This document shows positions 9,975 to 19,311 of a DNA stretch of 64,000 nt, one piece after another. The notes under the pieces are model-generated. The model saw only the letters and a list, made by a program, of their open reading frames with translations, was not told where the DNA came from and ran no database searches. The DNA lies in contig JAJYGQ010000017.1 of assembly GCA_021785065.1 (NCBI GenBank), positions 925 to 64,924 of the forward strand. Direction: 5' to 3'. How positions within the stretch are numbered: the stretch's first letter is position 1; each line of letters begins with the position of its first letter. The DNA is from a bacterium (GTDB taxonomy: Bacteria; Patescibacteriota; Minisyncoccia; Phycocordibacterales; JAKAEA01). The translations under genes and the position numbers were made by a program.

Positions 9975-12900
9975 ATGCAAAAATTTAAAAGTTACGTTGG
10001 GCAATTCTGTACGACCCATCGCCAGATAGCGAAAGGGTTAGCTTTTGCGTTTGTCACTGCGCTTTTAGCAACGGGCGGTTTCGCAGTGCATGCCGCATAT
10101 GCTGACTCAGCGACACTCGGCGTGACTCAAATTACGGCGGTGAAGACGTACGCTACTGCTGATGACACTTACGCTAATGGTTGGGAGTGGATATTCGACG
10201 TTACGGTTCCCAGCAACCAGACGCTGTTGCAGATGAAATTTGCTGACTGGACGAATGGTACGAGTGTTATTCCCGCCGCCAACAATATTCAATTTTATTC
10301 TCAGCAATCAACTAACGCTTCCGACGAAGCGCACGCTATTCCTATTACCGCTGCCGACACCTATAGCGGCATTATGTATATCAACCCCAACACTGATCTT
10401 AACGTCAATCAGGCTGGCCGACAGATTCAAATTGTTGTTGAAGCGCGTATTCCCACCGGTTCAACGGGCGGCTCATATTCAACAAGTTACGGCATTAACA
10501 CCACCGCGACCTCAACTATCTCTCTTAGTGATTTAACCCAGACATACGACTCTACGGCGAAGTCGGTGACAGTAACTACTGATCCATCGGGTTTGGCGAC
10601 GCAAGTCACCTACAATGGCTCAGCTACAGCACCAACTGCCGCTGGTACCTATACTGTTGATGCGGTAATAACCGATCCTAATTACACGGGCACTTCTACT
10701 GCGACATTGACTATTAATCCGGCGCAGGTGGCGGTGGTAGCAAATCCTCAAACGAAAGTGTACGACGGTTTGACTACAACCGATCCAGCGTTGACTTACA
10801 CAGCCACCCCAGCGCTCTTCGGTAGCGACACCTTCACAGGCGCGCTCACGCGTACTGCAGGAGAAGGCGTTGGTTCCTATCCCATAACTCAAGGCACACT
10901 CAAACTCGACAGTAACTACGTATTGAACTTTAGTCCGTCGACGTTCGTTATTACCGCCCAGCCTGCAAAAGTGACACTCGGCAACTTGAATCAAGAATAT
11001 GGTTCAACCACTCCGGTTACGGTCACGACAGATCCTTCAGGCCTTGCGACGAGTGTGACGTATAACGGCTCACCGACGGTGCCGACTAATGCGGGCAGTT
11101 ATACTGTTGTCGCAAAAATTACTGATCCTAATTACACGGGCAGCTCGACCGAGACACTCGTTGTTGCGCCGCGACCCATCACTGTTACCGCTACTACCGA
11201 CGACAAGATTTATGACGGCACGACTGCAGCAACTAGCACGCCAACTATCACTTCTGGATATCTCGTTGGTTCTGACACCGCAACACTGACTGAGGCTTTC
11301 CAAAATAAAGACGCGGGCACTGGCAAAACTCTTATCCCGAGCGCAACTATTAGCGATGGTAATGGCGGTGCCAACTACGCGGTTACTCTCGTAAACAATA
11401 CCACCGGCATTATTACATCTGCTCCTGCAACTATTTTAGCGACTGGCGTTGATAAAACATATGATGGCACAACGGCAGCGACAGTTAATTTGAAAGTGCT
11501 TGGTGCCGTTCCTACTGACAGTCTCTCGGCCACCGGCGATGCGGTCTTCGACGGTTCTAATGTTGGACCACACACTATTAATGTAACGAATATTGTGGTT
11601 TCTGGCACAGGCGTTACTTCAAACGATTATTCGTATAACACCTCAACATCTACTACAGCGACTATCAATCCAGCCTCGCTTACTATTACCGCCGATAATG
11701 AATCGAAGACATACGGCGACACCTACACATTTAACGGAACTGAATTTAACGCGACGGGTCTTATAAAAGGTACAAGTGACTCAGTGACATCGGCAACGCT
11801 GACTAGTGCTGGCACTGTAGCAAGCGCGGCTTTTGGAACCTACCCGATCAATATCAGTAATGTTGTTGGTACGGGATTAAGCAATTACAACATTAGCTAC
11901 AATCCAGGAACGTTGACGGTGGGCACCAAGACCGTTACTGCTACCATTACCGCCGAAAGTAAACAGTACGATGGCACTAACACGGCTGACATCACAAGTT
12001 GTACGGTAAACGGCGCGGTAAATGGCGACAATCTTACTTGCACGGCTTCAAATGGAACCTTTAGTGATAAGAATGTTGGTAATGGTAAGACTGTTACTGC
12101 CGATGTTACGCTTGTTGGCACAAATGCCGGTAACTACACCCTGACGTCTCCCGTTACTACAACAGCGAATATTACTGCAGCACCTCTCACGGTAACTGCT
12201 GTGACTGATAACAAAATTTACGACAGCACAGTTGCGGCAACGGGCACGCCATCTATTACCGCTGGCTCTCTTCAGGGTACCGACACCGCAACATTTAGCG
12301 AAGTATTCAAAACAAAAGACGTTGGCAGTAACAAGACACTCATTCCATCCATTTCTATCGATGGTGGGACAGGTAATAGTAACTACAACATTACCTACGT
12401 AAACGATACGACAGGTGTCATCACCGCGCGCCCGCTCTTAGTGACCGCAAAAGGTGTTGATAAAGTCTATGACGGCACCACAGACGCCACAGTAACTCTC
12501 TCTGACAATCGCATTGCTGGTGACAAGCTTACCGACAATTACACCACGGCAACATTTGCCAGTCCGAATGTTGGCAACAATATACCAATTACCGTGACAG
12601 GTATTAGTATTAGCGGTACTGATGCGGGTAACTACACGCTGACCGACACTTCTACAACAACGGCCGCCAATATTACCCCAGCGAAACTCACGATTTTGCC
12701 GTACGGTGTCCAGAAAGTTTACGGTGATGCGATCACGCTGCCAGTACTTCCTCCAGGATTCTTCTCACAAGGTTTACAGGGAACTGATAAGGTGACCTCA
12801 GTAGACCTAACCAGCGCCGGCATCACTTCAACGGCCATCGTTGGAAAATATGACATCTTTGCTAAAGATGCAGTGATTTCGCCTTCCACAAGCTTTGCTA

Positions 12901-14306
12901 ATTACGACATTCAATATGCGACGAATACACTTACAGTAACTAAAGCGCCACTTCTCGGAAAAATTCTCGCATCTAATAAGACGTATGACGGCACCACTGA
13001 TGCCAGCACCACCTGTACCTTTACGGGAATTCTCAATGGCGACAACGTAACCTGCACCACTTCAAACGCTGCATTTGCAACTCGAAACGTTAGTAGCACC
13101 ACGGTGACCGCCGATCTCAATCTCTCTGGTCCTGATGCAGGCAATTACGGAATTAATCCAACAGCAACCACCAACGCTTCTATTAATCCGCTCGCCCTTA
13201 CGGTGACTGCTGTACCGAACACTAAAATTTATGATGGCACCACTGCCGCCGCCGCTCTTCCGACGTTCACGCCCACAATACTCGGTCAGGGCGACACTCC
13301 CGACTTCATAGAGACCTATGACACGGCGACCGCTGGTATAAACAAAACACTAACACCAAGTGGGGTAGTGAATGACGGCAATAATGGTAAAAACTACACG
13401 TACAAATATGTTTCTGTGTCTACTGGCGTTATCTCGAAAGCTAATCAAACTGTTTCTTTCGTTAAATATCCAAGCGGTACTATTAGCGGAAATTCCTTTA
13501 CCGTTAGCGCGACATCAACGTCAGATTTGCCGGTTACCTTTACTGGTGGCACGTCGGGTGTTTGCAGCGTCAACGCCGATGGTACAGTAAATGTTCTAGG
13601 ATCTGGACAGTGTAATGTTATTGCCGAGCAGGCGGGTAATGCTGATTACAATCCCGCATCAACCAATATGACGTTTAGCGTGGTGTATAACGTAACACCT
13701 ACCACAATCACTATTTCATCTGTCTCTCCATCCGCGGCCGCCACCGGCTCTAACGTCACCATCAACTGGACTTCGACGAATGCTCCCACCGGGTCAGCGG
13801 TAGCGCTCACCCTCTTCAATAGTAGCGGTAACGAAGTGGGTGTCTTAACTAAAGACGCCGATAGTACTGGAAGCTATGTTTGGAGCATTCCTACTTGTGT
13901 GTCAGGTCCATCGGGCCCGGGTAGCGGTGGCATTATTCCTATTACCTCCTGTACGCCTACCGATAGCAGCGGTGTCTACGAGACGCCCGTGGGCAACTAC
14001 ACTATTGTAGCCAAGCTCTATACACCGAAAGGTGGCTATGGTGATGGTATGATTGCCCCTTCACCTTCTCTCCAAACTCTCGCGACTTCAGCAGCAATGC
14101 CGTTTACGGTGATACCTGCTCCGACCACTAGGATTGAGTCGTCGCTTAGTTTTGCTGCGCCGTTAATGGTTTCCACCTCAACATCAACGCCATCAACGCC
14201 ACCAACACCAACTTCAACTCCTCCGACTATCGATACTACTTCTACAACCACACCCACAACCGCACCCACAACAACAAGCACAAGCACCTCGACGCCAACG
14301 AAATAG
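9975..14306 (+). CDS. large secreted adhesin with MBG/YDG-type Ig-like repeats and T/P-rich tail
   Basis: Signal peptide; many K(T/V/I)YDG repeats, TTDPSGLAT..TYNGS repeats; start may be 9936 or 9975. Confidence 0.85.
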   Translation: MQKFKSYVGQFCTTHRQIAKGLAFAFVTALLATGGFAVHAAYADSATLGVTQITAVKTYATADDTYANGWEWIFDVTVPSNQTLLQMKFADWTNGTSVIPAANNIQFYSQQSTNASDEAHAIPITAADTYSGIMYINPNTDLNVNQAGRQIQIVVEARIPTGSTGGSYSTSYGINTTATSTISLSDLTQTYDSTAKSVTVTTDPSGLATQVTYNGSATAPTAAGTYTVDAVITDPNYTGTSTATLTINPAQVAVVANPQTKVYDGLTTTDPALTYTATPALFGSDTFTGALTRTAGEGVGSYPITQGTLKLDSNYVLNFSPSTFVITAQPAKVTLGNLNQEYGSTTPVTVTTDPSGLATSVTYNGSPTVPTNAGSYTVVAKITDPNYTGSSTETLVVAPRPITVTATTDDKIYDGTTAATSTPTITSGYLVGSDTATLTEAFQNKDAGTGKTLIPSATISDGNGGANYAVTLVNNTTGIITSAPATILATGVDKTYDGTTAATVNLKVLGAVPTDSLSATGDAVFDGSNVGPHTINVTNIVVSGTGVTSNDYSYNTSTSTTATINPASLTITADNESKTYGDTYTFNGTEFNATGLIKGTSDSVTSATLTSAGTVASAAFGTYPINISNVVGTGLSNYNISYNPGTLTVGTKTVTATITAESKQYDGTNTADITSCTVNGAVNGDNLTCTASNGTFSDKNVGNGKTVTADVTLVGTNAGNYTLTSPVTTTANITAAPLTVTAVTDNKIYDSTVAATGTPSITAGSLQGTDTATFSEVFKTKDVGSNKTLIPSISIDGGTGNSNYNITYVNDTTGVITARPLLVTAKGVDKVYDGTTDATVTLSDNRIAGDKLTDNYTTATFASPNVGNNIPITVTGISISGTDAGNYTLTDTSTTTAANITPAKLTILPYGVQKVYGDAITLPVLPPGFFSQGLQGTDKVTSVDLTSAGITSTAIVGKYDIFAKDAVISPSTSFANYDIQYATNTLTVTKAPLLGKILASNKTYDGTTDASTTCTFTGILNGDNVTCTTSNAAFATRNVSSTTVTADLNLSGPDAGNYGINPTATTNASINPLALTVTAVPNTKIYDGTTAAAALPTFTPTILGQGDTPDFIETYDTATAGINKTLTPSGVVNDGNNGKNYTYKYVSVSTGVISKANQTVSFVKYPSGTISGNSFTVSATSTSDLPVTFTGGTSGVCSVNADGTVNVLGSGQCNVIAEQAGNADYNPASTNMTFSVVYNVTPTTITISSVSPSAAATGSNVTINWTSTNAPTGSAVALTLFNSSGNEVGVLTKDADSTGSYVWSIPTCVSGPSGPGSGGIIPITSCTPTDSSGVYETPVGNYTIVAKLYTPKGGYGDGMIAPSPSLQTLATSAAMPFTVIPAPTTRIESSLSFAAPLMVSTSTSTPSTPPTPTSTPPTIDTTSTTTPTTAPTTTSTSTSTPTK

Positions 14307-14328
14307 TGTTGTATAATAAAAATCATCT

Positions 14329-14946
14329 ATGAACATGAACACTTTACTAAAAATCTCATTTTTTTCGGCCGCGACAATTGGTCTTTTGACCTTTAGCCTG
14401 CAGGCCTCCGCGTCTTCTGTAGGGGGAACTCTAACGCCTGGTGGCGGTCTTAGTGGTGTTGGTGTCACCGGTACGGTGGTTACGCCCCCTATCGCCAATC
14501 CTAGTGCTGGTGTCTATACCTCGACGCAAAATGTCACCCTGACGGCCAGCGGCGCCTCGAGCATTCACTTTACGACTGATGGATCCTCACCAACTTGCTC
14601 TACTGGTACGGTTTATTCGAGCGCTATTTCGGTAAGCGTCTCGCAGGTAATAGAAGCTATTTCCTGCTATCCGGGTAACGCCTCATCGACGGTTGCCTCG
14701 TATTTGTACGCGATTAATCCGGGTTCAACCGGTGGTGGCGGGGGTACAACAGGCAGTCCAATTTCGTCACCTAATATCGGCACCACGGGTGGTACAAGTG
14801 GCAGCCAAATCATAGGTATTGCCGATTTTATTCTGCTTATGGAAAACTGGGGTCAAACTGGTCTCGGTAATCCGGCGGACTTCAATAAAGATGGTGCGGT
14901 GAACATCGGCGACTTTATTTGGCTTATGAGTAATTGGAATCAATAA
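14329..14946 (+). CDS. secreted protein with Fn3-associated/chitobiase-C domain and C-terminal dockerin-like domain
   Basis: IHFTTDGSSPT motif; IADFILLMENWG...ADFNKDGAVNIGDFIWLMSNW. Confidence 0.75.
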   Translation: MNMNTLLKISFFSAATIGLLTFSLQASASSVGGTLTPGGGLSGVGVTGTVVTPPIANPSAGVYTSTQNVTLTASGASSIHFTTDGSSPTCSTGTVYSSAISVSVSQVIEAISCYPGNASSTVASYLYAINPGSTGGGGGTTGSPISSPNIGTTGGTSGSQIIGIADFILLMENWGQTGLGNPADFNKDGAVNIGDFIWLMSNWNQ

Positions 14947-14951
14947 AATTT

Positions 14952-15677
14952 ATGAATACTAAAAAAATTATTTTTGCTGGCGTAATTACAACTCTCGGCG
15001 TGTTTGCTGTTGCTCTTCCGGCTTTCGCGGCAACTACTGCGTCATTTGTGCCAACTCCTATCAAAGTGGCTACGGGACAGCAATTCAACGTGGTGGTTAT
15101 GGTTAACCCGCAAGGCGTAAAAAATTACGCGGAAAAAGTTGAGGTTGATTATCCTGCCAATCTTCTCCAGGTCATCTCGTTTACACCGGGTAATAGTTGG
15201 ATGACGCTTCAGCAGCCTGGTTATGACTCTATAAACAACAACACGGGCGTGATGATTAAAACAGCTGGCTACCCGACAGGATTTTCATCACAAACACTTT
15301 TCGGTACCATTTTATTTACCGCTAAAAAAGCTGGCAGCGGCACTATCGCTATCGATAATCAATCGATTGCGTTTAAAGCGGGTGCTCAAACTACGACGCT
15401 TACGGGCACTCCGGCGCCGTTTACTATTAGCGTTGCTACTGTACCCGCGGCAAGCACAACTCCCGCTGCTCTTGCTCCGGTTTCTACGGTTAACGGTCAG
15501 GCGATTGCCACCGCTACAACTCCCGCTGGTCTCGCTTCTACCGCTAATTCACAACTTGCGGCCGCTGCCGCAAACGCCGGTGGCGTAGCCTACTGGGTCT
15601 GGATCCTGCTCGTCATCGCGATTATTCTCGTTATTGTACTCTTCATTCTCTACCGCAACCGAAAGGGAAAGATGTAA
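14952..15677 (+). CDS. cohesin-domain protein with C-terminal membrane anchor
   Basis: GQQFNVVVMVNP...VDYPANLLQV...LFGTILFTAKKAGSGTIAI cohesin-like pattern; TM + RNRKGKM tail. Confidence 0.7.
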   Translation: MNTKKIIFAGVITTLGVFAVALPAFAATTASFVPTPIKVATGQQFNVVVMVNPQGVKNYAEKVEVDYPANLLQVISFTPGNSWMTLQQPGYDSINNNTGVMIKTAGYPTGFSSQTLFGTILFTAKKAGSGTIAIDNQSIAFKAGAQTTTLTGTPAPFTISVATVPAASTTPAALAPVSTVNGQAIATATTPAGLASTANSQLAAAAANAGGVAYWVWILLVIAIILVIVLFILYRNRKGKM

Positions 15678-15685
15678 AAATATAG

Positions 15686-15758
15686 TCCGCCCAGCAGGAT
15701 TCGAACCTGCGACCGTTCGCTTAAGAGGCGACTGCTCTACCAACTGAGCTATGGGCGG
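15686..15758 (-). tRNA. tRNA-Lys(CTT)
   Basis: CCGCCCATAGCTCAGTTGGTAGAGC...CT-CTT-AA...GGTTCGAATCC. Confidence 0.92.
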
Positions 15759-15799
15759 TGCAGATATGTAGCCTAACAATTTTTCGGCGATTTCGCAAT

Positions 15800-16150
15800 T
15801 TATTTTGCGAGCGTGCCAGGGGCGATGGAGGCGTTTGGTTCAAGAATAGAAAAATTGCCCGCGTCATCAGACACTGCAAAGAGCATGCCGTTTGATTGGT
15901 GACCGCGGATGGTGCGCGGCTCGAGATTGGTGACGAACATGCAGGTGCGGCCAATGAGCGTGGTAGGGTCGGGAAAATAAGCGGCAATACCGGAAACAAT
16001 TTGCCGCGGTGTAGGCTGACCAGCTTCGTCATGCTCGGCAAAATCAACACTAAGCCGCAAGAGCTTATCAGTGTCGGGAATTTTTTCGGCCGTTAAAATT
16101 TTGCCGGCGCGAATTTCTATTTTTTTGAAATCGTCAAGGGTGATAGTCAT
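15800..16150 (-). CDS. tRNA-binding OB-fold protein (CsaA/MetG C-terminal-like)
   Basis: DDFKKIEIRAGKI...DKLLRL...RQIVSGI...NLEPRTIRG..SNGM. Confidence 0.9.
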   Translation of the reverse strand: MTITLDDFKKIEIRAGKILTAEKIPDTDKLLRLSVDFAEHDEAGQPTPRQIVSGIAAYFPDPTTLIGRTCMFVTNLEPRTIRGHQSNGMLFAVSDDAGNFSILEPNASIAPGTLAK

Positions 16151-16194
16151 ACTACTTTTGATCAGGAGTAATGGAGGGAGTATACCAGATATTA

Positions 16195-16231
16195 TAAAAA
16201 AAGCCCGTGCGTTCTCGAGAACGCACGGGCT
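16195..16231 (-). terminator. terminator (perfect 30-bp palindrome + T-run)
   Basis: AGCCCGTGCGTTCTC/GAGAACGCACGGGCT (16202-16231) next to an A-run on the + strand. Confidence 0.75.
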
Positions 16232-16243
16232 GCTGTTTTTGTA

Positions 16244-16498
16244 CTAGGTCATAACAATAGCGAGAATACTCGCTATAAACATTAGACTCCACACCATGAT
16301 GCCCAATGCCTGATCTAGTGTTATTTCTTTGTCACACACAATGAATGTGACAACTATAACCCCAGATACTATGGCAATAGCATCCAAAAGGTTTTTAGCA
16401 AGACTAATTGATCCCCAACAGCAGGCAGCGACGAGCGCTACTGCTAGCAAGTTACCAATCGCCATAAGCCCCATTCGATGATGTTTTTTAAAAAACAA
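16244..16498 (-). CDS. small hypothetical membrane protein (about 3 TM)
   Basis: TTG start with GAAAGGAG SD, own promoter and terminator. Confidence 0.6.
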   Translation of the reverse strand: MFFKKHHRMGLMAIGNLLAVALVAACCWGSISLAKNLLDAIAIVSGVIVVTFIVCDKEITLDQALGIMVWSLMFIASILAIVMT

Positions 16499-16599
16499 TA
16501 GACGACTCCTTTCGCAAAGATCGTAAAGAACAGGTATCGAGCGAACACACTATTCGCTCAGCAGTGAAACAAAATAACATTTTATAGAAATTTTGTCAA
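16499..16599 (-). promoter_or_regulatory. sigma70 promoter + hairpin + boxA-like motif + SD
   Basis: TTGACA-17bp-TATTTT (TGn-extended); GAGCGAATA/TGTTCGCTC hairpin; TGTTCTTTAC; GAAAGGAG. Confidence 0.65.
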
Positions 16600-16629
16600 T
16601 TTTTTGCAGAATGTCCCGATACTTTTTTG

Positions 16630-16711
16630 TGCCCGGAGTGGGGGTCGAACCCACATTCCTTTCGGAACACGATTTTAAGTCGTGCGCGTATACCAGTTCC
16701 GCCATCCGGGC
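16630..16711 (-). tRNA. tRNA-Leu(TAA)
   Basis: GCCCGGATGGCGGAACTGG...CACGA-CT-TAA-AA-TCGTG, long variable arm. Confidence 0.93.
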
Positions 16712-16717
16712 GTCATG

Positions 16718-16791
16718 AGGCGTAGGCCGGGATCGAACCGGCGCATAGCGGTTTTGCAGACCGCCGCGTTAACCAACTTCGCCACTACGCC
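16718..16791 (-). tRNA. tRNA-Cys(GCA)
   Basis: GGCGTAG...GCGGT-CT-GCA-AA-ACCGC...GGTTCGATCCC. Confidence 0.93.
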
Positions 16792-17125
16792 GTCTATCTT
16801 CCTCCTCGTACGACAGCTCGTCAAGCCGCTGCCGATTCTTTTCGCCGAGGTCGAGCACAAACTCAGTGCTCGGCAAAAAACGAAGCTTGGCTCGCTCGGC
16901 GACGTACGCTCCGAATTCTCTCTTTTTTCTGGCTAAAAAGTCAAGAGCGGCCTGTTCGCGACTCTGTGGTAACACGGTGAGTAAGATGGTCATGGTGTGA
17001 CCGTGGTTACTTTCATGAGCACCGGTAACGGTGATGAGTGATTGTCCTGCCGACTCGCGATTAATAAACTCGGCGGCGAGTTCAGCAAAGAGCGCTTCGG
17101 TTTTTACTGTTTTGAGTGAGCTCAT
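16769..17125 (-). CDS. rbfA: ribosome-binding factor A
   Basis: Directly after infB; LITVT...KLRFLP..EFVLD.GEKNRQRLDEL. Confidence 0.8.
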   Translation of the reverse strand: MSSLKTVKTEALFAELAAEFINRESAGQSLITVTGAHESNHGHTMTILLTVLPQSREQAALDFLARKKREFGAYVAERAKLRFLPSTEFVLDLGEKNRQRLDELSYEEEDRRRSGEVG

Positions 17126-18679
17126 TTATTTTTCTACGACGATAAATGCTTCTAAGCGGTCGCCGGGGGCGATTTCTATTTTTGATTCAACCAGGGCGCC
17201 AAATTCTTGTCCCTCGGGAACTTCAGCAATTTTATTTTTTTGTCGTTGAAGCTCGCGCACTCGACCACGACCAACTTCAAAATCGCGCCGCATAATTTTA
17301 ACCTCGCTGCCAAGTTTGATAAGGCCTTTTTCTACGCGGCCACCAATAACCTGGCGGTCGCGCATCTTACTAAAGAATTTTAGAACTTTAGCAATCCCGA
17401 TTTGTTCGTCGGTTTTTATCTTAGGCACGCTCTGAGCGGCAGTAGCGGCGAACCACTCGGCAAGCTTATAAATAATGTCAAATATTTCTATAGTAACGCC
17501 ACTGGTCTGCGCTAGACCTTTTGCGGCAGTAGCAATGCCAACACCAAAACCAATAATGATGATTCGTTTATCGGCAACAGCGGTCTTAATATCATTTTCA
17601 GTAATATCTCCAATTCCCGCCGTAATAATTTTAATAGTGAGTCGATCGTGGTTGATTTTAGCGATTTCGTGTTTCAGTGCTTCTAAGCCACCGACATTGG
17701 TAGCTTTGATAATAATGGGGAGCGTGGCAGTTGTTGCATCGTCGCTATCGTCTGCGGTAGTATGTGTTTGATTTTTTTTCTGCGGTGTAGGGTGGGTATG
17801 TTGCTCTTCGGCAATGGCGGCCTCAGCTTCTTTTTTTGAAGCAAGTGTACGGAAACGGGTGCCAACTGGCGGTAGCGTATTCCAGCCAAAAAGGCGCACT
17901 GGACTAGAGAAAGTGGCCTGACGGATTGCCGCGCCGGCAGCATTTTCCATAAGGCGTACGGGAGCCCAAGCGGTACCGGCCACAACGGCCGTCCCAGTAG
18001 TAATTGTGCCGTCTTTAATAATGAGCGTGGCGGCAATACCTTTTTTATGATCTACCGAAGATTCAATTACTACACCCTCGGCTGGTTTTGTTGGCGTGCC
18101 CGAAAGCTCGGCAATATCGGCGGCAAGATTAACTAGATCGAGTAGTTCAGGTACGCCCTCGCCGGTTTTTGCGGAAATAGCAACCCACGGTACATCACCA
18201 CCGTATCCTTCAACATATATGTCGTTTTCGGCGAGGCTGGCCTTGGTGCGCTCTACATCTGCACCTTCCTTATCTATTTTATTAATCGCAACCACAAAAG
18301 GAATGCCAGCAGTGCGAATAGCATCACGAGCTTCGATAGTTTGTGGACGAACACCGTCTTCGGCGGATACAACTAGAATAGCCACATCGGCGACTTGCGC
18401 ACCGCGAGAACGAATAGCGGCGAAAGCTGCATGTCCGGGTGTATCCAAAAAAGTGATACGGCGCGTAGTACCGTTAATAGTTCGCTCAACTTCATAGGCA
18501 GAAACCTTCTGAGTAATACCGCCTGCTTCACTGTCGACGATATTAGTGTGACGAATATAATCTAAAAGAGTTGATTTGCCGTGATCAACGTGGCCAAGTA
18601 CAGCTACGACTGGTGGTCGCGGTGTGCGAGTCTCAGTAGAGGAAGCGGTTTTTATTTTTGTATGATTTTTTGTTGACAT
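17126..18679 (-). CDS. infB: translation initiation factor IF-2 (short form)
   Basis: RPPVVAVLGHVDHGKST, DTPGH, NKID. Confidence 0.97.
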   Translation of the reverse strand: MSTKNHTKIKTASSTETRTPRPPVVAVLGHVDHGKSTLLDYIRHTNIVDSEAGGITQKVSAYEVERTINGTTRRITFLDTPGHAAFAAIRSRGAQVADVAILVVSAEDGVRPQTIEARDAIRTAGIPFVVAINKIDKEGADVERTKASLAENDIYVEGYGGDVPWVAISAKTGEGVPELLDLVNLAADIAELSGTPTKPAEGVVIESSVDHKKGIAATLIIKDGTITTGTAVVAGTAWAPVRLMENAAGAAIRQATFSSPVRLFGWNTLPPVGTRFRTLASKKEAEAAIAEEQHTHPTPQKKNQTHTTADDSDDATTATLPIIIKATNVGGLEALKHEIAKINHDRLTIKIITAGIGDITENDIKTAVADKRIIIIGFGVGIATAAKGLAQTSGVTIEIFDIIYKLAEWFAATAAQSVPKIKTDEQIGIAKVLKFFSKMRDRQVIGGRVEKGLIKLGSEVKIMRRDFEVGRGRVRELQRQKNKIAEVPEGQEFGALVESKIEIAPGDRLEAFIVVEK

Positions 18680-19179
18680 GTTGTAATGGCTGCCCGCTCT
18701 TCTTCAGAGAGCTCACGTTCAGATGTAAAGCGGCTAATTGGTTTTCCAAACACGCTGATGCGGTCGCGGGTGTAGAGGCTGGTAATAACAATACCATCAC
18801 CTTGCTCATTTAAAAATGCCGCACTAAAACTATTGTTGCCACCGTCGCCCGTTCCTTTGAAGGGATTATACCGAACGGTGCCAATACTCTGTACACTGTT
18901 TTTTAACCGCTGCTCTACGGTAGTCAGATACTGTCGCATGTCAGTAGTAAATTTTTTAAGCTCGGCGAGATCGGCGGTGGCAGCAACTAAAGCTTCTTCA
19001 ATAGAGGTAATTGGTGTCTTCATATCGTGTTGAAATACATTGCCAATGGCGAGGAGGCGGTTGACTCGTCGATAGAGCCAACCGAGGCGAAGTAGAATAG
19101 CAATGAGTAGAAGGCTAATAACGATAGCGGCGACGGTGAATATGTGTTGACTTATTGTGGTAAAAAAAGCGTTAAACAT
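18652..19179 (-). CDS. DUF4446-like membrane-anchored protein
   Basis: TM + coiled coil + VRYNPFKGTGDGGNNSFS..LN.QGDG.VITSL..RD. Confidence 0.75.
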   Translation of the reverse strand: MFNAFFTTISQHIFTVAAIVISLLLIAILLRLGWLYRRVNRLLAIGNVFQHDMKTPITSIEEALVAATADLAELKKFTTDMRQYLTTVEQRLKNSVQSIGTVRYNPFKGTGDGGNNSFSAAFLNEQGDGIVITSLYTRDRISVFGKPISRFTSERELSEEERAAITTCQQKIIQK

Positions 19180-19311
19180 AGTGAAAAAGTGGCGAAGGTG
19201 TAAGGAAAATAAAATTCCTTTAAAAAACTTCTAAAATCTTTATGAACCGCCAGTACCATATAATATAGTACACAAACGCATCTTTAGCAAAAATGCGGTA
19301 CCATAGAGCGT

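Noticed and set aside
17126-18679. IF2 lacking the long N-terminal domain as a novelty
   Set aside because: Short IF2 forms are common in reduced genomes.
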